Shown here: positions 44,002 to 54,558 of the stretch, piece after piece
How the letters are laid out: each line of letters begins with the position of its first letter
Position numbering within the stretch: the first letter of the stretch is position 1
Assembly (NCBI GenBank): GCA_963721455.1
Contig: CAVRJG010000019.1
Location: 64,001-128,000, forward strand
DNA from: an uncultured Methanosarcinaceae archaeon
GTDB taxonomy: Archaea; Halobacteriota; Methanosarcinia; Methanosarcinales; Methanosarcinaceae
DNA: 64,000 nt
Direction of reading: 5' to 3'
The notes under the pieces: model-generated
What the model was told of the DNA's origin: nothing
Database searches by the model: none
The model's input: only the letters and a program-made list of their open reading frames with translations
Program-made: the position numbers and the translations under genes

Positions 44002-45939
44002 ATGATGTGCCTGGGACTGGGTATTGATACGGGAGGAACATATACCGATGCCGCTATTATGGATATGGCAAACGGGACTGTAATCGAGTCGAATAAAGCA
44101 CTTACAACTTATCCTGACCTTATCAGGGGAATAAAGAATTCTATTGAAGGTTTAAGCCCGGAATACCTGAAAAGCATAAAATTCGTTTCTGTTTCTACCA
44201 CTCTTGCCACCAATACGACGCTTGAAGGTAAAGGCTACCCTGCAGGGCTGATCCTGATCGGGCATACCATCCCCAAAAAACTTGCCAGCAGGTATGTAAT
44301 ATCAATCCGGGGAGGGCATGACTCCGGTGGAAATGAAATCGCTCCCCTTGAGGACCTGGAAACCGTCAGGGAGTTCGTGCGGCAGATGAAAGATAAAGTG
44401 ACCGCATTTGCAGTTTCCGGTTATTTCGGAGTGAGGAACCCCGAACACGAACTTAAGGTCAAAGAAATAATTCAGGAAACCATAGACATGCCGGTTGTCT
44501 GCGGGCATGAACTCTCCATGAGCCTTGGGGCTTACGAAAGGGCTGTGACGGCTCTCCTGAACGCCGAATTGATTCCCATAAGCAAGCAGTTCATCAAATC
44601 CGTCCAGACCGCGATGGAAGAAAAGAAGATAAAGGCAACCCTGATGATGATGAAGTGTGACGGGTCTCTTGTTCGAATAGAAGAAGCTTTGAAAAAACCT
44701 GTCGAATCAATTTTTTCCGGACCTGCGGCAAGCCTGGTTGGGGCTGCCCACCTTACAGGCCTGCATACCTGCGTGACTGTGGACATTGGAGGCACAAGCA
44801 CGGATATAGCCATGATTTCCAGAGGCATTCCAGAGATAAGTGACTCTGGATCTAAGGTTGGAAGCTGGAAAACAATGGTGAAAGCAATAAGGATGGATAC
44901 CTCGGCTCTTGGGGGGGACAGTCTTGTCTGGATTAAGAGGAAAACTCATCTTGGACCATCAAGGGTAATTCCTCTCTGCCTTGCAGCATCGGAATTTCCG
45001 GGCCTTCTGGAGAAACTCGAAAAAAATGACGTGCCGAACGAACGCATAATGGATGAAATTATACAGCCAACCTCTTTTTTCATAAGGAACGGAGTGGACT
45101 CCTCTGAACTTCTTAGCGGAGAGCTTGAAGGAGACGAAAGGGCAATTCTCGAACAGCTGGGGACAGAACCCCTTACCGTATTTGAAATCTCTGAGAGGAC
45201 AGGAAAACACCCTCTGATGTTTGCAGGAATCCTGAAAAACCTGATCAGGAAAAGGCACGCAAGTCAGATAGGGTTTACCCCGACCGATGCCCTCCATGTG
45301 CTTGGGGAATACATCAGATGGGATGAGAGAGCCTCTCTTATAGGAGCAAGGATTCTCGGGAAGGTTCTCAAGCAAAGCCCGGAGGAATTCTCGGCGCAGA
45401 TTAAAACCGAAGTAGTGAGAAGACTTACCCTGGAGCTTATTTCTTTCTTTGCGGCTGACATGAAGAAGGAAGACCTTGAAAAGCTGCTGGGAAATGAGAC
45501 TTTCCTTAAATTTCATATAAAAGTCCCTGTTGTGCTTGTAGGAGCCCCGGTAAGAGCTTACCTGAAAGAGCTTAATGAGGCTGTGGATGCGGAGATCCGG
45601 ATTCCTGCTTTCCATGAGGTGGGAAATGCCGTGGGCGCCCTTGCAGGAAAGGTAATCCACAGGACAGAGGTACTTATACGCCCTTCTTCGGCAGGAAATA
45701 CAGAATATTCTGTGTTTTCCGAGCTTGGAAAAGAAGTTTTTGAGGATTACGGAGAAGCCCGGAATTACGGTGTTAAACTAAGTCACAGGCTGGTCTCGGA
45801 GTACATGGACGGGTACGGGCTTGATATGGTAAATGTGGAATTCGACCTCAGACAAAAAGATGTAGGAAACCGGGGAAAAGCCCCACTGGAGACTCGCCTT
45901 GTCGGAATAGGCACAGGAACAACCTGGAAACTGGCATAA
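44002..45939 (+). CDS. Hydantoinase/oxoprolinase-family (ASKHA ATPase) protein
   Basis: 'GIDTGGTYTD', 'STTLATNT', 'IFSGPAAS', 'DIGGTSTD', 'TPTDA', 'GNAVGA'. Confidence 0.9.
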   Translation: MMCLGLGIDTGGTYTDAAIMDMANGTVIESNKALTTYPDLIRGIKNSIEGLSPEYLKSIKFVSVSTTLATNTTLEGKGYPAGLILIGHTIPKKLASRYVISIRGGHDSGGNEIAPLEDLETVREFVRQMKDKVTAFAVSGYFGVRNPEHELKVKEIIQETIDMPVVCGHELSMSLGAYERAVTALLNAELIPISKQFIKSVQTAMEEKKIKATLMMMKCDGSLVRIEEALKKPVESIFSGPAASLVGAAHLTGLHTCVTVDIGGTSTDIAMISRGIPEISDSGSKVGSWKTMVKAIRMDTSALGGDSLVWIKRKTHLGPSRVIPLCLAASEFPGLLEKLEKNDVPNERIMDEIIQPTSFFIRNGVDSSELLSGELEGDERAILEQLGTEPLTVFEISERTGKHPLMFAGILKNLIRKRHASQIGFTPTDALHVLGEYIRWDERASLIGARILGKVLKQSPEEFSAQIKTEVVRRLTLELISFFAADMKKEDLEKLLGNETFLKFHIKVPVVLVGAPVRAYLKELNEAVDAEIRIPAFHEVGNAVGALAGKVIHRTEVLIRPSSAGNTEYSVFSELGKEVFEDYGEARNYGVKLSHRLVSEYMDGYGLDMVNVEFDLRQKDVGNRGKAPLETRLVGIGTGTTWKLA

Positions 45940-46095
45940 AAGCGAGTTTTCGCAATCAAGATGTGACAGCAAGGAGCAGCACTCCTGGAAAATTGCGGGT
46001 AAAATTCAGAACTACAAGCACAAAACATAGAAAAACGGCAGACTTCAGCAGGTCATAAACGGCAAGAACCTGACCGCATTAATCGGGGAAAAAAC

Positions 46096-47696
46096 ATGGC
46101 AAGCGAATTAAAAACACCGAATCTGGAAAGCCAGGACGGAATGGCAAAACTGGCCCGGACTATAAGGGACAAGATCCTCATTGACGAACCGGTAAAAGAA
46201 GACGGGTTGATAGACCAGCTTGAGCGGGCAGCAACCGAAATTGAAGAGCTTCTTGGGACTTCTTTGGGGCCGAAGGGGTATGAACAAGATAATAGTAAAC
46301 CCTGTCGGGGACATTTTTGTTACGAGTGACGGGAAGGTAATCTTAAAGGAAATGGATGTGCTCCACCCGATAGTGAATACACTCAAAAAGCTTGCCGAAT
46401 CGATGGATAAAGCCTGTGGAGACGGCACAAAGACAGCTGTGATTTTTGCAAGCAACCTGATAAAAAACGCAATCAAGCTTATAAGGGCAGGAATACACCC
46501 GACAACGGTTATAGAAGGATACGAACTTGCTTTGCAGAAAGCGTACGAAATGCTCCAGTACAGCATAAAGCAGGCAGGGGAAGAAGATGTGCGCACGACA
46601 ATCCTGTGCTCTGCGACTGGAAAAGGCGTAGAAAGGTATCAGGCAGAGGCAATAACTGAAATTGTCACCAGAGTTGTCGGGCACCTGAATGAAACGCAGG
46701 CTGAGAGGCTGGACCTCAACAGGAACGTGAAAATTCTCAAGAAAACAGGCGGACCTGAAATAATTGCTCTCGATGGCTTAATTCTGGATGAAAGCCCGGC
46801 AAGAGCGGATATGCCGGGGGCGTTTGAGAATCCGGCAGTCCTGATTACGAATTATGAACTGAAGATTAAAAGCGGATATTTAAACCCGCAGCACAACCTC
46901 AAAATGGATTCGGTACAGACGGCACTCCTTTTTGAAGAGAGAAAGAAGGAGATATGCGGGGAAATTGCCCGAAAGATTATTGATTCGGGTGCAAACGTCC
47001 TCTTTTCGGAAGGAGATATTGACCCGTACATAGAAACCCTTCTCCGGGACAGTAATATACTGGCTTTCAAGAAGCTGAAGATGAAAGACCTCGAAAAGCT
47101 TGCGGAGGCAACCGGTACAACCCTGATGGCCATGCAGGATGAGATCTGCCCCAAAGACCTGGGTAGGGCAGACAGTATAAGGGTTGAAAAAAGGAACGGG
47201 GAAAATTTTGTGTTTATTGCTGTCAGGGAAAGGGCAATTGCTACGATCCTTATATGGGAACCTGTGAAATACGGGCTTGACAAGGTGGAAGAGGCGGTTG
47301 ATGATGCTTTGAATAATGCGGCATTCCTCCTGAAAAATAAAGAAATCGTGAACGGAGGGGGAGCAATAGAGTTTGAACTGGCACATATGCTCAGGCTGTT
47401 TGCGGCAACGCGGAATGGAAAGAAACAGCTTGCAGTCCTGGCGTATGCGGAAGCCCTTGAAAAGATCCCAACCATCCTTGCAAGAAATATGGGAATGAAT
47501 CGCAATTGATGCAATGGCGCAGATGAGAAACTCATACGCAAGAGGGAAAGAAGCAAGGATAGACATTTCAGGAAAAGTCACGGATAAGGGGCAAAAGGCT
47601 TACGATTCGGCAACAGTAAAGAAATTAGCAATTATTGCAGGGACGGAAACTGCAAGAAATGTACTCAGGATAGACGAAATAATCCCAAAAAGATGA
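46096..47696 (+). pseudogene. Divergent group II chaperonin (thermosome-like) subunit with two +1 frameshifts
   Basis: TSLGPKG|MNK split by an extra base at about 46278; 'TSDG', 'GDGTKT', 'GGGAIE'; NMGMN|AIDAMAQMR split by an extra C at about 47501; ends 'LRIDEII'. Confidence 0.85.
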
Positions 47697-47849
47697 ATTA
47701 TGCTGAAGACAGTGACTTCATTCTCAAAGGCATTGTAATCATATTCCAAGAAAGTAAGTTAGACCTGTAGCACATTTTCAGGAAGGCAGTGATTTGCCAT
47801 TTTAATGTGCTTCCAGGAAGCACAGATGTTTTTAACTCAAAAATATAAA

Positions 47850-47885
47850 AATGATCCAGCCTGTAATAATGATCCAGCCTGTAAT
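47850..47885. repeat. 18-bp exact tandem duplication upstream of the MT2 gene
   Basis: AATGATCCAGCCTGTAAT twice. Confidence 0.9.
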
Positions 47886-47950
47886 AGATCTCCAGAAAAG
47901 CTAGCTATAGAGGCTTAATGTAACAAAACGATTTTTAATGGCAGATTTAA

Positions 47951-48970
47951 ATGGCAGATCCAGACCTGAAAGACCGTTTTCTGAATACCCTGACGGGAAA
48001 AGCTGTGGATAAAGTGCCGGCTCTTTCGGTTACCCAGACCGGGACCTTGGAACTCATGAAAGAGAGTGGAGCAGCCTGGCCTGAGGCTCACTTTGATGCG
48101 GAGAAAATGGCTGCTCTTGCCCTTTCAGCCCATACCTTTGCAGGCCTGGAAGCCGTACGCTACCCTTTCTGCCTCACCGTACTCTCGGAAGCCATGGGAT
48201 GCAGGATTAATCAGGGAAGGCACGATATCCAGCCTTCTCCAGAGTCTCACCCTTTTGCAGAGGAGCCGGAAAAGCTGGAGCTCCTGCCCGACCTTACGGA
48301 AAGGGGAAGAATACCAATGATTCTTGATGTGACTTCCATCCTGAGGAAAAAAGTAGGAGAAGAAGTTCCACTTATAGCAGGTATGGAAGGCCCCGCCTCC
48401 CTTGCTTCAAGATTGATTGGTACATACAATTTTCTTACCTGGACACTTAGAAGGCCCGAAACATTAAAAGAATGCCTTGAAGTCACAGGAGCAGTCTGTT
48501 CCAGATACACAGAAATGCTTTACGAAGCCGGAGCCGATGCTGTCTGCATAGTTGATGGGATCTCAGGACCTGATATGCTCGATCCGAAAGACTTTGATAT
48601 CTTTATGAAGCTTGAATATGAAAAGCTCTGCAGAGCCGGAAAAGGAATAAAGCTCATACATATCTGTGGGAACTCGACCCCTATCCTCAAATCTATTTCA
48701 GAGTGTGGTTTTCAAGGAATAAGCATAGAAGAAAAAGTAACTGACCTGCAGGCTGCAAAAAAACTTGTCAGGAGAAAAACGAGCCTTATAGGAAACCTTT
48801 CCTCTTCAGGGGTAATGCTAACCGGAACCTGCGAAGAGATAAAAGCTGAGGCAAGGAAATGCCTGGAAAGAGGAATTGACATTCTTGCCCCAGGCTGTGG
48901 GATTGCCCCAAAGACCCCTATCAAAAACTTAAGGGCACTTGTTGAAGCAAGAGACGCGTATTATAAATGA
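47951..48970 (+). CDS. Methylcobamide:CoM methyltransferase (MtaA/CmuA, MT2 family)
   Basis: 'SVTQTG', 'AWPEAH', 'RYPFCLTV', 'IHICG', 'LAPGCGIAP.TP'. Confidence 0.92.
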   Translation: MADPDLKDRFLNTLTGKAVDKVPALSVTQTGTLELMKESGAAWPEAHFDAEKMAALALSAHTFAGLEAVRYPFCLTVLSEAMGCRINQGRHDIQPSPESHPFAEEPEKLELLPDLTERGRIPMILDVTSILRKKVGEEVPLIAGMEGPASLASRLIGTYNFLTWTLRRPETLKECLEVTGAVCSRYTEMLYEAGADAVCIVDGISGPDMLDPKDFDIFMKLEYEKLCRAGKGIKLIHICGNSTPILKSISECGFQGISIEEKVTDLQAAKKLVRRKTSLIGNLSSSGVMLTGTCEEIKAEARKCLERGIDILAPGCGIAPKTPIKNLRALVEARDAYYK

Positions 48971-49065
48971 CATTACCAAAAAGTCAGAATTTTTTATTTT
49001 CATATTCTTTTTTTATACAGGTTACTGAGAAATACTATTTATATGTCGGAAAGAAGGGACTAAGG

Positions 49066-49131
49066 AAATCACCCCTCGGAAAAAATCAAGGCCCTCTCAA
49101 AAATCAGTACCCCTACTAAAATCAAGACCCT
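49066..49131. repeat. Four degenerate units of about 18 bp (AAATCA-N1-4-CCCT) upstream of the activase promoter
   Basis: AAATCA at 49066, 49083, 49101 and 49119, each followed by CCCT. Confidence 0.75.
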
Positions 49132-49323
49132 TCACGATAAGCCCAGAATTATGTTATATACATTTAAGACTAAAATATAGTTAAAAACGAATTAAATAAT
49201 CGTGAAAACGCTGTGCAGCTCATTTCACTGTTTGGATTATATCCAGTTTATTACAGCCTGATATAACGGATAGGCTCCAATTATTTTTTTCAATTTTTAA
49301 TTGCGGCATGTGGAGTGAGAAAA

Positions 49324-50987
49324 ATGTACGGGATTGCACTTGACTTAGGAACCAGCGGCTTTAGAGCGCAGCTTATAGACCTTGAAACAAAAAAAGTATT
49401 AAGAACCGCAATGACGGTGAGACATCCCCTTCCCGGGGGCAATGTAATCGACCACCTGGACTTTGCCCTTGAAGTAGGGGAAGATATTGCAAACGATATC
49501 ATACTGGACGCGGTAAAGAAAATAATAGAAACCCTTGATGTAGAACCTGCCTGCATCCGGAAACTGGTGGTATGCGGAAACCCTATCCAGCTTTCCCTTT
49601 TCCAGAACTCGGAAATCAGGGACCTTGCCTTTGCCGGAAAGAACATGCAAAAAAGGCTTGGAGTAGAAAACGTGGACAGGAGCGCAAGGGTCTTTCCGGC
49701 ATCTGAACTTTTCAACGGCATTCTGGACCTTCTAACTGTGAGATCACCTTACCCCCTGCAATTGCCCACGAGATAGGAGCAGATGCCCTGGCAATGATGA
49801 TAGAAACCGATTTCCTGAACCAGGAAGAAGTCTCTATTGTCACGGATTATGGCACGAATGCAGAAATTGCAGTAAAGGTTGGAGACAGGATTATTACGGG
49901 AAGTGCAGCTGCAGGGCCCGCCATTGAGGGACAGGGAATAAGCTGCGGAATGATTGCAAGTCCGGGTGCTATTTCGGACGTAAACCCCGAAGGGGAATAC
50001 TGGCGGCTTGCGGTACTGAACGAAAATATGGAAAGCAAAGTAGGAGCCCTTGTAAACCCGATTACAGGAGAAATAATTGAGAAAGGGGAAATAGAAGCCG
50101 TAGGGATTACAGGCACAGGTGTAATTGCAATTATTGCCGTTTCCATGGAAACGGGCTTGATGGAACAGCCCCCTAAACTGCCCAATGGAAGGTTAATCCT
50201 GGGAAGGAACATAGAAATCACTGAAGAAGATATTTCCGAAGCAGGAAAAGCCATAGGGGCAATACGTGCGGCACAGCTGACTCTTCTTCTGGAAGCAGGG
50301 GTCTCCTTCGAAGCTCTCGAAAATGTATACATGTCCGGAGCCTCAGGGACATACGTAGATTGCAGAAAAGCCAGGAAAATCGGCTCCTGTCCTGATTTCT
50401 CAAGAAAAACCGTACAGTTTGGAAACACTTCCATGGCCCTTGCGAAGGAAATTGTCCTGGATCAGTCCAGGCTTGAAGAAGTTATTGCCCTTGCAGGGAC
50501 TATAAAAGCCGACCATCTGATGATGGCAACCAGCGAGACCTTTAAGAACATCTATACCTGCGAACTTTCCTACTGGACTGAGGGCATGAACATGAAATTG
50601 TACAAAAAGTTCATGAAAATGTACAAATATCCGCCTCTCCCGGAGCCGGTAGAGAATGCTGTTATGGAAAAAAGGGCAGCCAGAGATATAGAGGAAACAG
50701 GCAATGTTCCTGTGGAGATCGTAGAAGATATAGGAATCGCCCTTGAAGTCCCTGTGGAACACTGCCTTGACTGCAGGCGATGCAACGAGGAGTGTCCGGA
50801 AAATGCCCTTGTGATCGTTGAGAAAGAAGGGAGCTATTTTGTAAGCTGCAGTACCCAGGACTGCCTCGGAACTAGCTGCAGACGCTGTGCCCGGGCGTGT
50901 CCGATAAAGGCAATAGACTTCAAGAACATTGCAGCTCGGAGTATAAACGGACTTCAGAGAGATAGCATGACAGGCGGAATTTACTGA
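49324..50987 (+). pseudogene. ramA: RamA-type corrinoid reductive activase (ASKHA ATPase plus C-terminal 2x[4Fe-4S]) with a -1 frameshift near 49732
   Basis: 'MYGIALDLGTSGFRAQ'; adding one base gives LDLPNCEITLPPAIAHEIGADALAMM; 'DYGTNAE', 'AAAGPAIEG', CxxCxxCxxxCP and C-terminal 'CLGTSCRRCARACP'. Confidence 0.85.
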
Positions 50988-51032
50988 GAGAAAATAATTA
51001 AAACCACATACCAACTAGCAGGGTCTTCGAAA

Positions 51033-51398
51033 ATGACAAAAATAAGCGTATCTTCCAACTTCTGCGGTTTAATCCATACGGTAATGGGGAGGATTGAAGG
51101 AGACAGGATCATCATAGAAATTGACACCCCATGTGAAAAATTCAGAGAATTCACCTGCCTGGAATTTCCCCTTCGGGAACTGCCAGATAATCAGAAAAAT
51201 ATAACTCTGGAGATGGAAAAACAAATTAACTGTTCCTTTGAGTGCACCAGGGAATGTGCTCTGGACTGTACTAGAAAATGCCTGATTCCTCCTGCAGTGT
51301 TCAATGTGTGCAGTACAGAAAAGAGGCTGGCAGAAGCAAAGCTCGTAAATACCCCTGTTCTTGAAGTTACTGAGTATACGGTTTCAGAGTTCCAGTGA
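51033..51398 (+). CDS. Small Cys-rich hypothetical protein, apparently co-transcribed with ramA
   Basis: 121 aa; 'FCG', 'DTPC', 'CSFECTRECALDCTRKCLIP'. Confidence 0.7.
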   Translation: MTKISVSSNFCGLIHTVMGRIEGDRIIIEIDTPCEKFREFTCLEFPLRELPDNQKNITLEMEKQINCSFECTRECALDCTRKCLIPPAVFNVCSTEKRLAEAKLVNTPVLEVTEYTVSEFQ

Positions 51399-51561
51399 CT
51401 GCTGATGAGGAGGTTCCCACATGACCCTCCATCGTTTCTTATTTAAATTCGGCCCTCATTTAATTTTGTGACTGATATTATTAAAATAAGTTGTTTACTT
51501 TTTTATTTTCCTCAAAATCCTTTTCTTTACCTTCGGTAAGAAGGTCATTAGAAAACAAAGT

Positions 51562-52152
51562 GATGGGAGTGAGTTATCGAAAACTGTATGCACAAGAATC
51601 TCTCTACATTTTCCTCAAATACGGGGGATATACTCGTTTTTTCAGAACTGATCAATAACCCACGGACAAAATCCAAGATTACTTACACAAGGGCTAATTC
51701 AGATTTAATCGAACAATTACAAGATAGACTAAGAGCTAAAAGTTTCAGACTTCAGGAAAAGGGCAGTATAAAGCTTGCATATATTCAAACTTGCATATAA
51801 TCGGGTCTTTATTTAAGTATTATAAGTTCAAACCCCATACTTAAGGATTTGGAACTTGACGAAATAAAGGAGAGACTTGAGGCGCCGGAAAGCATACAAG
51901 CTGGAAACCTGGAATCCATAATGGTTTATAACCCGAATTTTGAAGATCAATACAAGTATGAAGAGGAAACAGGGAGCCTGTGAGATGGTAACAGCAGCAA
52001 CTCTTCTTAGAAGGATTGAAGCTCTTGAGCAGAGCCCAGGAGTTCAGAATATTCTATTTAACCGAAGACGGAGATTCTGAGGAAACCGTTAGAGCCTGGC
52101 AGCAGGCACACCCGTGGAGGCGGGCACATGTTATAGTCTTCCGAGAAATTTA
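51562..52152 (+). pseudogene. Decayed small ORFs, probably of mobile-element origin
   Basis: Interrupted frames: 'LIEQLQDRLRAKSFRLQE', 'LKDLELDEIKERLEA', 'MVTAATLLRRIEALEQ', 'YLTEDGDSEETVRAWQQAHPWRRAHVIVF'. Confidence 0.4.
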
Positions 52153-52231
52153 AGGAAGATTGAATATATATAGACCGGCGGCGTCCAGAATGTATAGAGG
52201 TTTTAACATATCCGAAATTATTAAAACCGGC

Positions 52232-52582
52232 ATGAGTGAAGCACAGAAGAAGTGGCGGCACGAATTTGACCCGAAATGGGTCGACCCGGATAACATGACC
52301 GAGGAAGAGTATAGCGCGGCAATGGATAAAATGTGGCCCAGGCTTGCAGAGCCGGACGATGAAGGTTTTGATTTAAACCCGGAGGACCCACGGCGGCGGT
52401 TTTGCGCGACATCCGAAGGCGTAATATTTAGCAAGGCGTCACCTGTAACGGAGGAGGAAAAGGCCCTGGTCGAGCGTATGTGGGAGGCCATAACCGGCGG
52501 GGATTACAGCCCGGCAATTCAAGAAGAAAAAAGGAAGCAAAAAAAGGCAGGAAAAAAAAGGAATTTGGACAGCACAGTTTAA
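52232..52582 (+). CDS. Hypothetical acidic protein with basic tail, CpG-rich
   Basis: 116 aa from ATG 52232; many NCG/CGG codons, unlike neighbouring core genes. Confidence 0.55.
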   Translation: MSEAQKKWRHEFDPKWVDPDNMTEEEYSAAMDKMWPRLAEPDDEGFDLNPEDPRRRFCATSEGVIFSKASPVTEEEKALVERMWEAITGGDYSPAIQEEKRKQKKAGKKRNLDSTV

Positions 52583-53171
52583 AAAAATAGATAGAATGTC
52601 ACCCAAATTTCTACCAGAGCTTTTTATTTTTCGTATTCTCGGGAAGCAGCTTAATGTTTAGCCTGCCGTTCTTCTGGATCAGGCTTTGAAATAGACCGCC
52701 TGCTTACGAATATAATTAAACCTATCTTTTCGATATCTTTAAGAATGGACTCAATTTTACAAGTAAAAGTAAAGTTATAGTCAAACCATTGTAGAAATTA
52801 GAAAAAATAATTGAATAAATTGGTAATACCAGACACCATAAACAATAAAATGTGCCTAAAAGCAAAGACATTATTAAAAAACAGAACTGGACAAAATAAA
52901 GAACGAAGTATTCTCATCTATAATCTTTGACCGGAGCCGGGGGAATGCAATTAAAAGAAGTATTACTAAGACTGCAAATAATACAAATTGACGTACTGGA
53001 TCAACTGGAAAAAAAGGTAATAATTCAAATGGGTCTGAGATTTCAGCATCTCCTTAATATTCATCAATATGTTATCCTCAAAAATAGTGCAAATACTTTT
53101 CTATTTCTGTTAGAATCTTAGTAAGTTATTATTAGTGATTTTTCAGGTTATATATTATTTCTTAGAAGAAA

Positions 53172-53316
53172 GGCCGCCAGCCCAGACGTGGTGCCGAATC
53201 CAGCACCACGATAACCGACCATATTTCGGATATTATGTGCTAAGCCGCTTCTAGCATATCCCCTTCTCGCATGGGGTATCTTATCTGCGCTACCTGTATG
53301 CGAGCTGTCTTTTTGT
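53172..53316 (+). ncRNA. Candidate structured small RNA or 5' leader (strand inferred)
   Basis: TTATATAT at about 53148; hairpins CGTGGTGC/GCACCACG, CCGA/TCGG, ATGTGCTA/TAGCATAT, CTCGCAT-GGGGTA/TACCTGT-ATGCGAG; T-run at the end. Confidence 0.5.
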
Positions 53317-53377
53317 GATTATGTTTTTATAGTACTCTGTACTATTTTTTAGTGTGTTTCTGAATGATTTAATTGGT

Positions 53378-53467
53378 ATGTCCTGGACTGAGTTCTTTAT
53401 TTTGCTTATCATCGCTGCTATTTTTACTGTTGTTTGTTGGCTTGCTATGCGTAAGTTGATTAATTGA
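53378..53467 (+). CDS. Small single-pass membrane peptide (29 aa; 37 aa from GTG 53354)
   Basis: MSWTEFFILLIIAAIFTVVCWLAMRKLIN*: one hydrophobic helix followed by RK. Confidence 0.5.
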   Translation: MSWTEFFILLIIAAIFTVVCWLAMRKLIN

Positions 53468-53725
53468 TAAGAAATTTTAATTTGTAATTGTGTTTTTTGT
53501 TGTTGTGCAGGTTTTACGTTATAATCAAATTTTTGTGTTTAGGCAATACATAGGTTTTGTAATAAAACTACTGTATTTTCTCTGTTTCAGCTGGAATTTT
53601 ATAATATTTTTGACTTAAATTCAGGAAAAAAGCAGAGGTTTTATTAAAGTCAATATAGCAACAAAATTCTAAAATGTAGCTATTCACCTGGGCGACAATA
53701 AATCTCTCTCATTGCTTTACTGATA

Positions 53726-53855
53726 GAGCTGATCCCAAAACTCAAAATTGGTCTCTCAAAGCTTAAATTCTGAATAATCAATAGAGTTTCTGCTCATGAA
53801 AAAACTCTGAAAATCCTTATTGATATAAGGATAAAATCGGTTTTGGATGAACTAT
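53726..53855 (+). mobile_element. MITE of about 130 bp (GAGCTGATCCCAAAAC family), copy 1
   Basis: Degenerate TIRs GAGCTGATCCCAAAAC / GTTTTGGATGAACT; internal AATCAATAGAGTTTCTGCTCAT also present, inverted, at about 60827-60848. Confidence 0.7.
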
Positions 53856-54027
53856 ACGAAACATATTCTTATAATTATATATGCAAATTATTATATTACT
53901 AGATTAAGATACTGTATAAGGGGGGAATTGTAAGTAGTGGTTTAAAATGAAGATATGGCTACTGCAGGTTTTTCCCTCATCAATAACGGCATAAAAAAGA
54001 TAGTGAAAAACCGGAGAGTGTAGATAT

Positions 54028-54558
54028 ATGAAAAGCAAAATCAAAAGAACAATAGGTATTTTGATGGCATTTTGTTTCGTACTGTCAATCACAGCTGCAG
54101 TAGTAAGCGCGGATCAAGCAGCATACGATCAAGGATACAAAGACGGCTACAGTGCCGGCTACAAAGAAGGCTTTGAACAGTGTAAAAAAGACCAGCCAGC
54201 AACACCGAGTCATAATGTGTACCATAAATTGACTACAAGCGACTATGATGAAGGCTACAGTGCCGGCTACAATACCGGCTTCCAGAACGGCTACAACGCC
54301 TGCGGACCTAATCCTGTAGCTGATTTTTCTGCATCGCCTACCTCTGGGAAAGCTCCACTGAAGGTAACGTTTGTTGACCAGAGTACAGAAAATCCAGTTA
54401 AATGGAGTTGGGATTTTGGTGACGGACAAACTTCAATAGACCAGAATCCAACACATACATATGTATCAGCCGGAACTTATACAGTCAAATTAACAGTAAA
54501 GAATAAGACTGGCAGTGACACTGTTACCCACTATGACTATATTAAAGTGAAACCCTAA
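54028..54558 (+). CDS. Secreted PKD-domain protein with GYxxGYxxG repeats
   Basis: Signal peptide, two 'YDxGYxxGYxxG' blocks, PKD 'PVADFSASPTSGKAPLKVTF...WSWDFGDG'. Confidence 0.9.
   Translation: MKSKIKRTIGILMAFCFVLSITAAVVSADQAAYDQGYKDGYSAGYKEGFEQCKKDQPATPSHNVYHKLTTSDYDEGYSAGYNTGFQNGYNACGPNPVADFSASPTSGKAPLKVTFVDQSTENPVKWSWDFGDGQTSIDQNPTHTYVSAGTYTVKLTVKNKTGSDTVTHYDYIKVKP

Noticed and set aside
47847-47860. AAAAATGATCCAGC shared with 56232-56245 upstream of fwdD
   Set aside because: Several 14-bp matches are expected by chance in 64 kb
52927-52940. att-like copy of the tRNA-Met 3' end (TGACCGGAGC)
   Set aside because: Match is too short and imperfect
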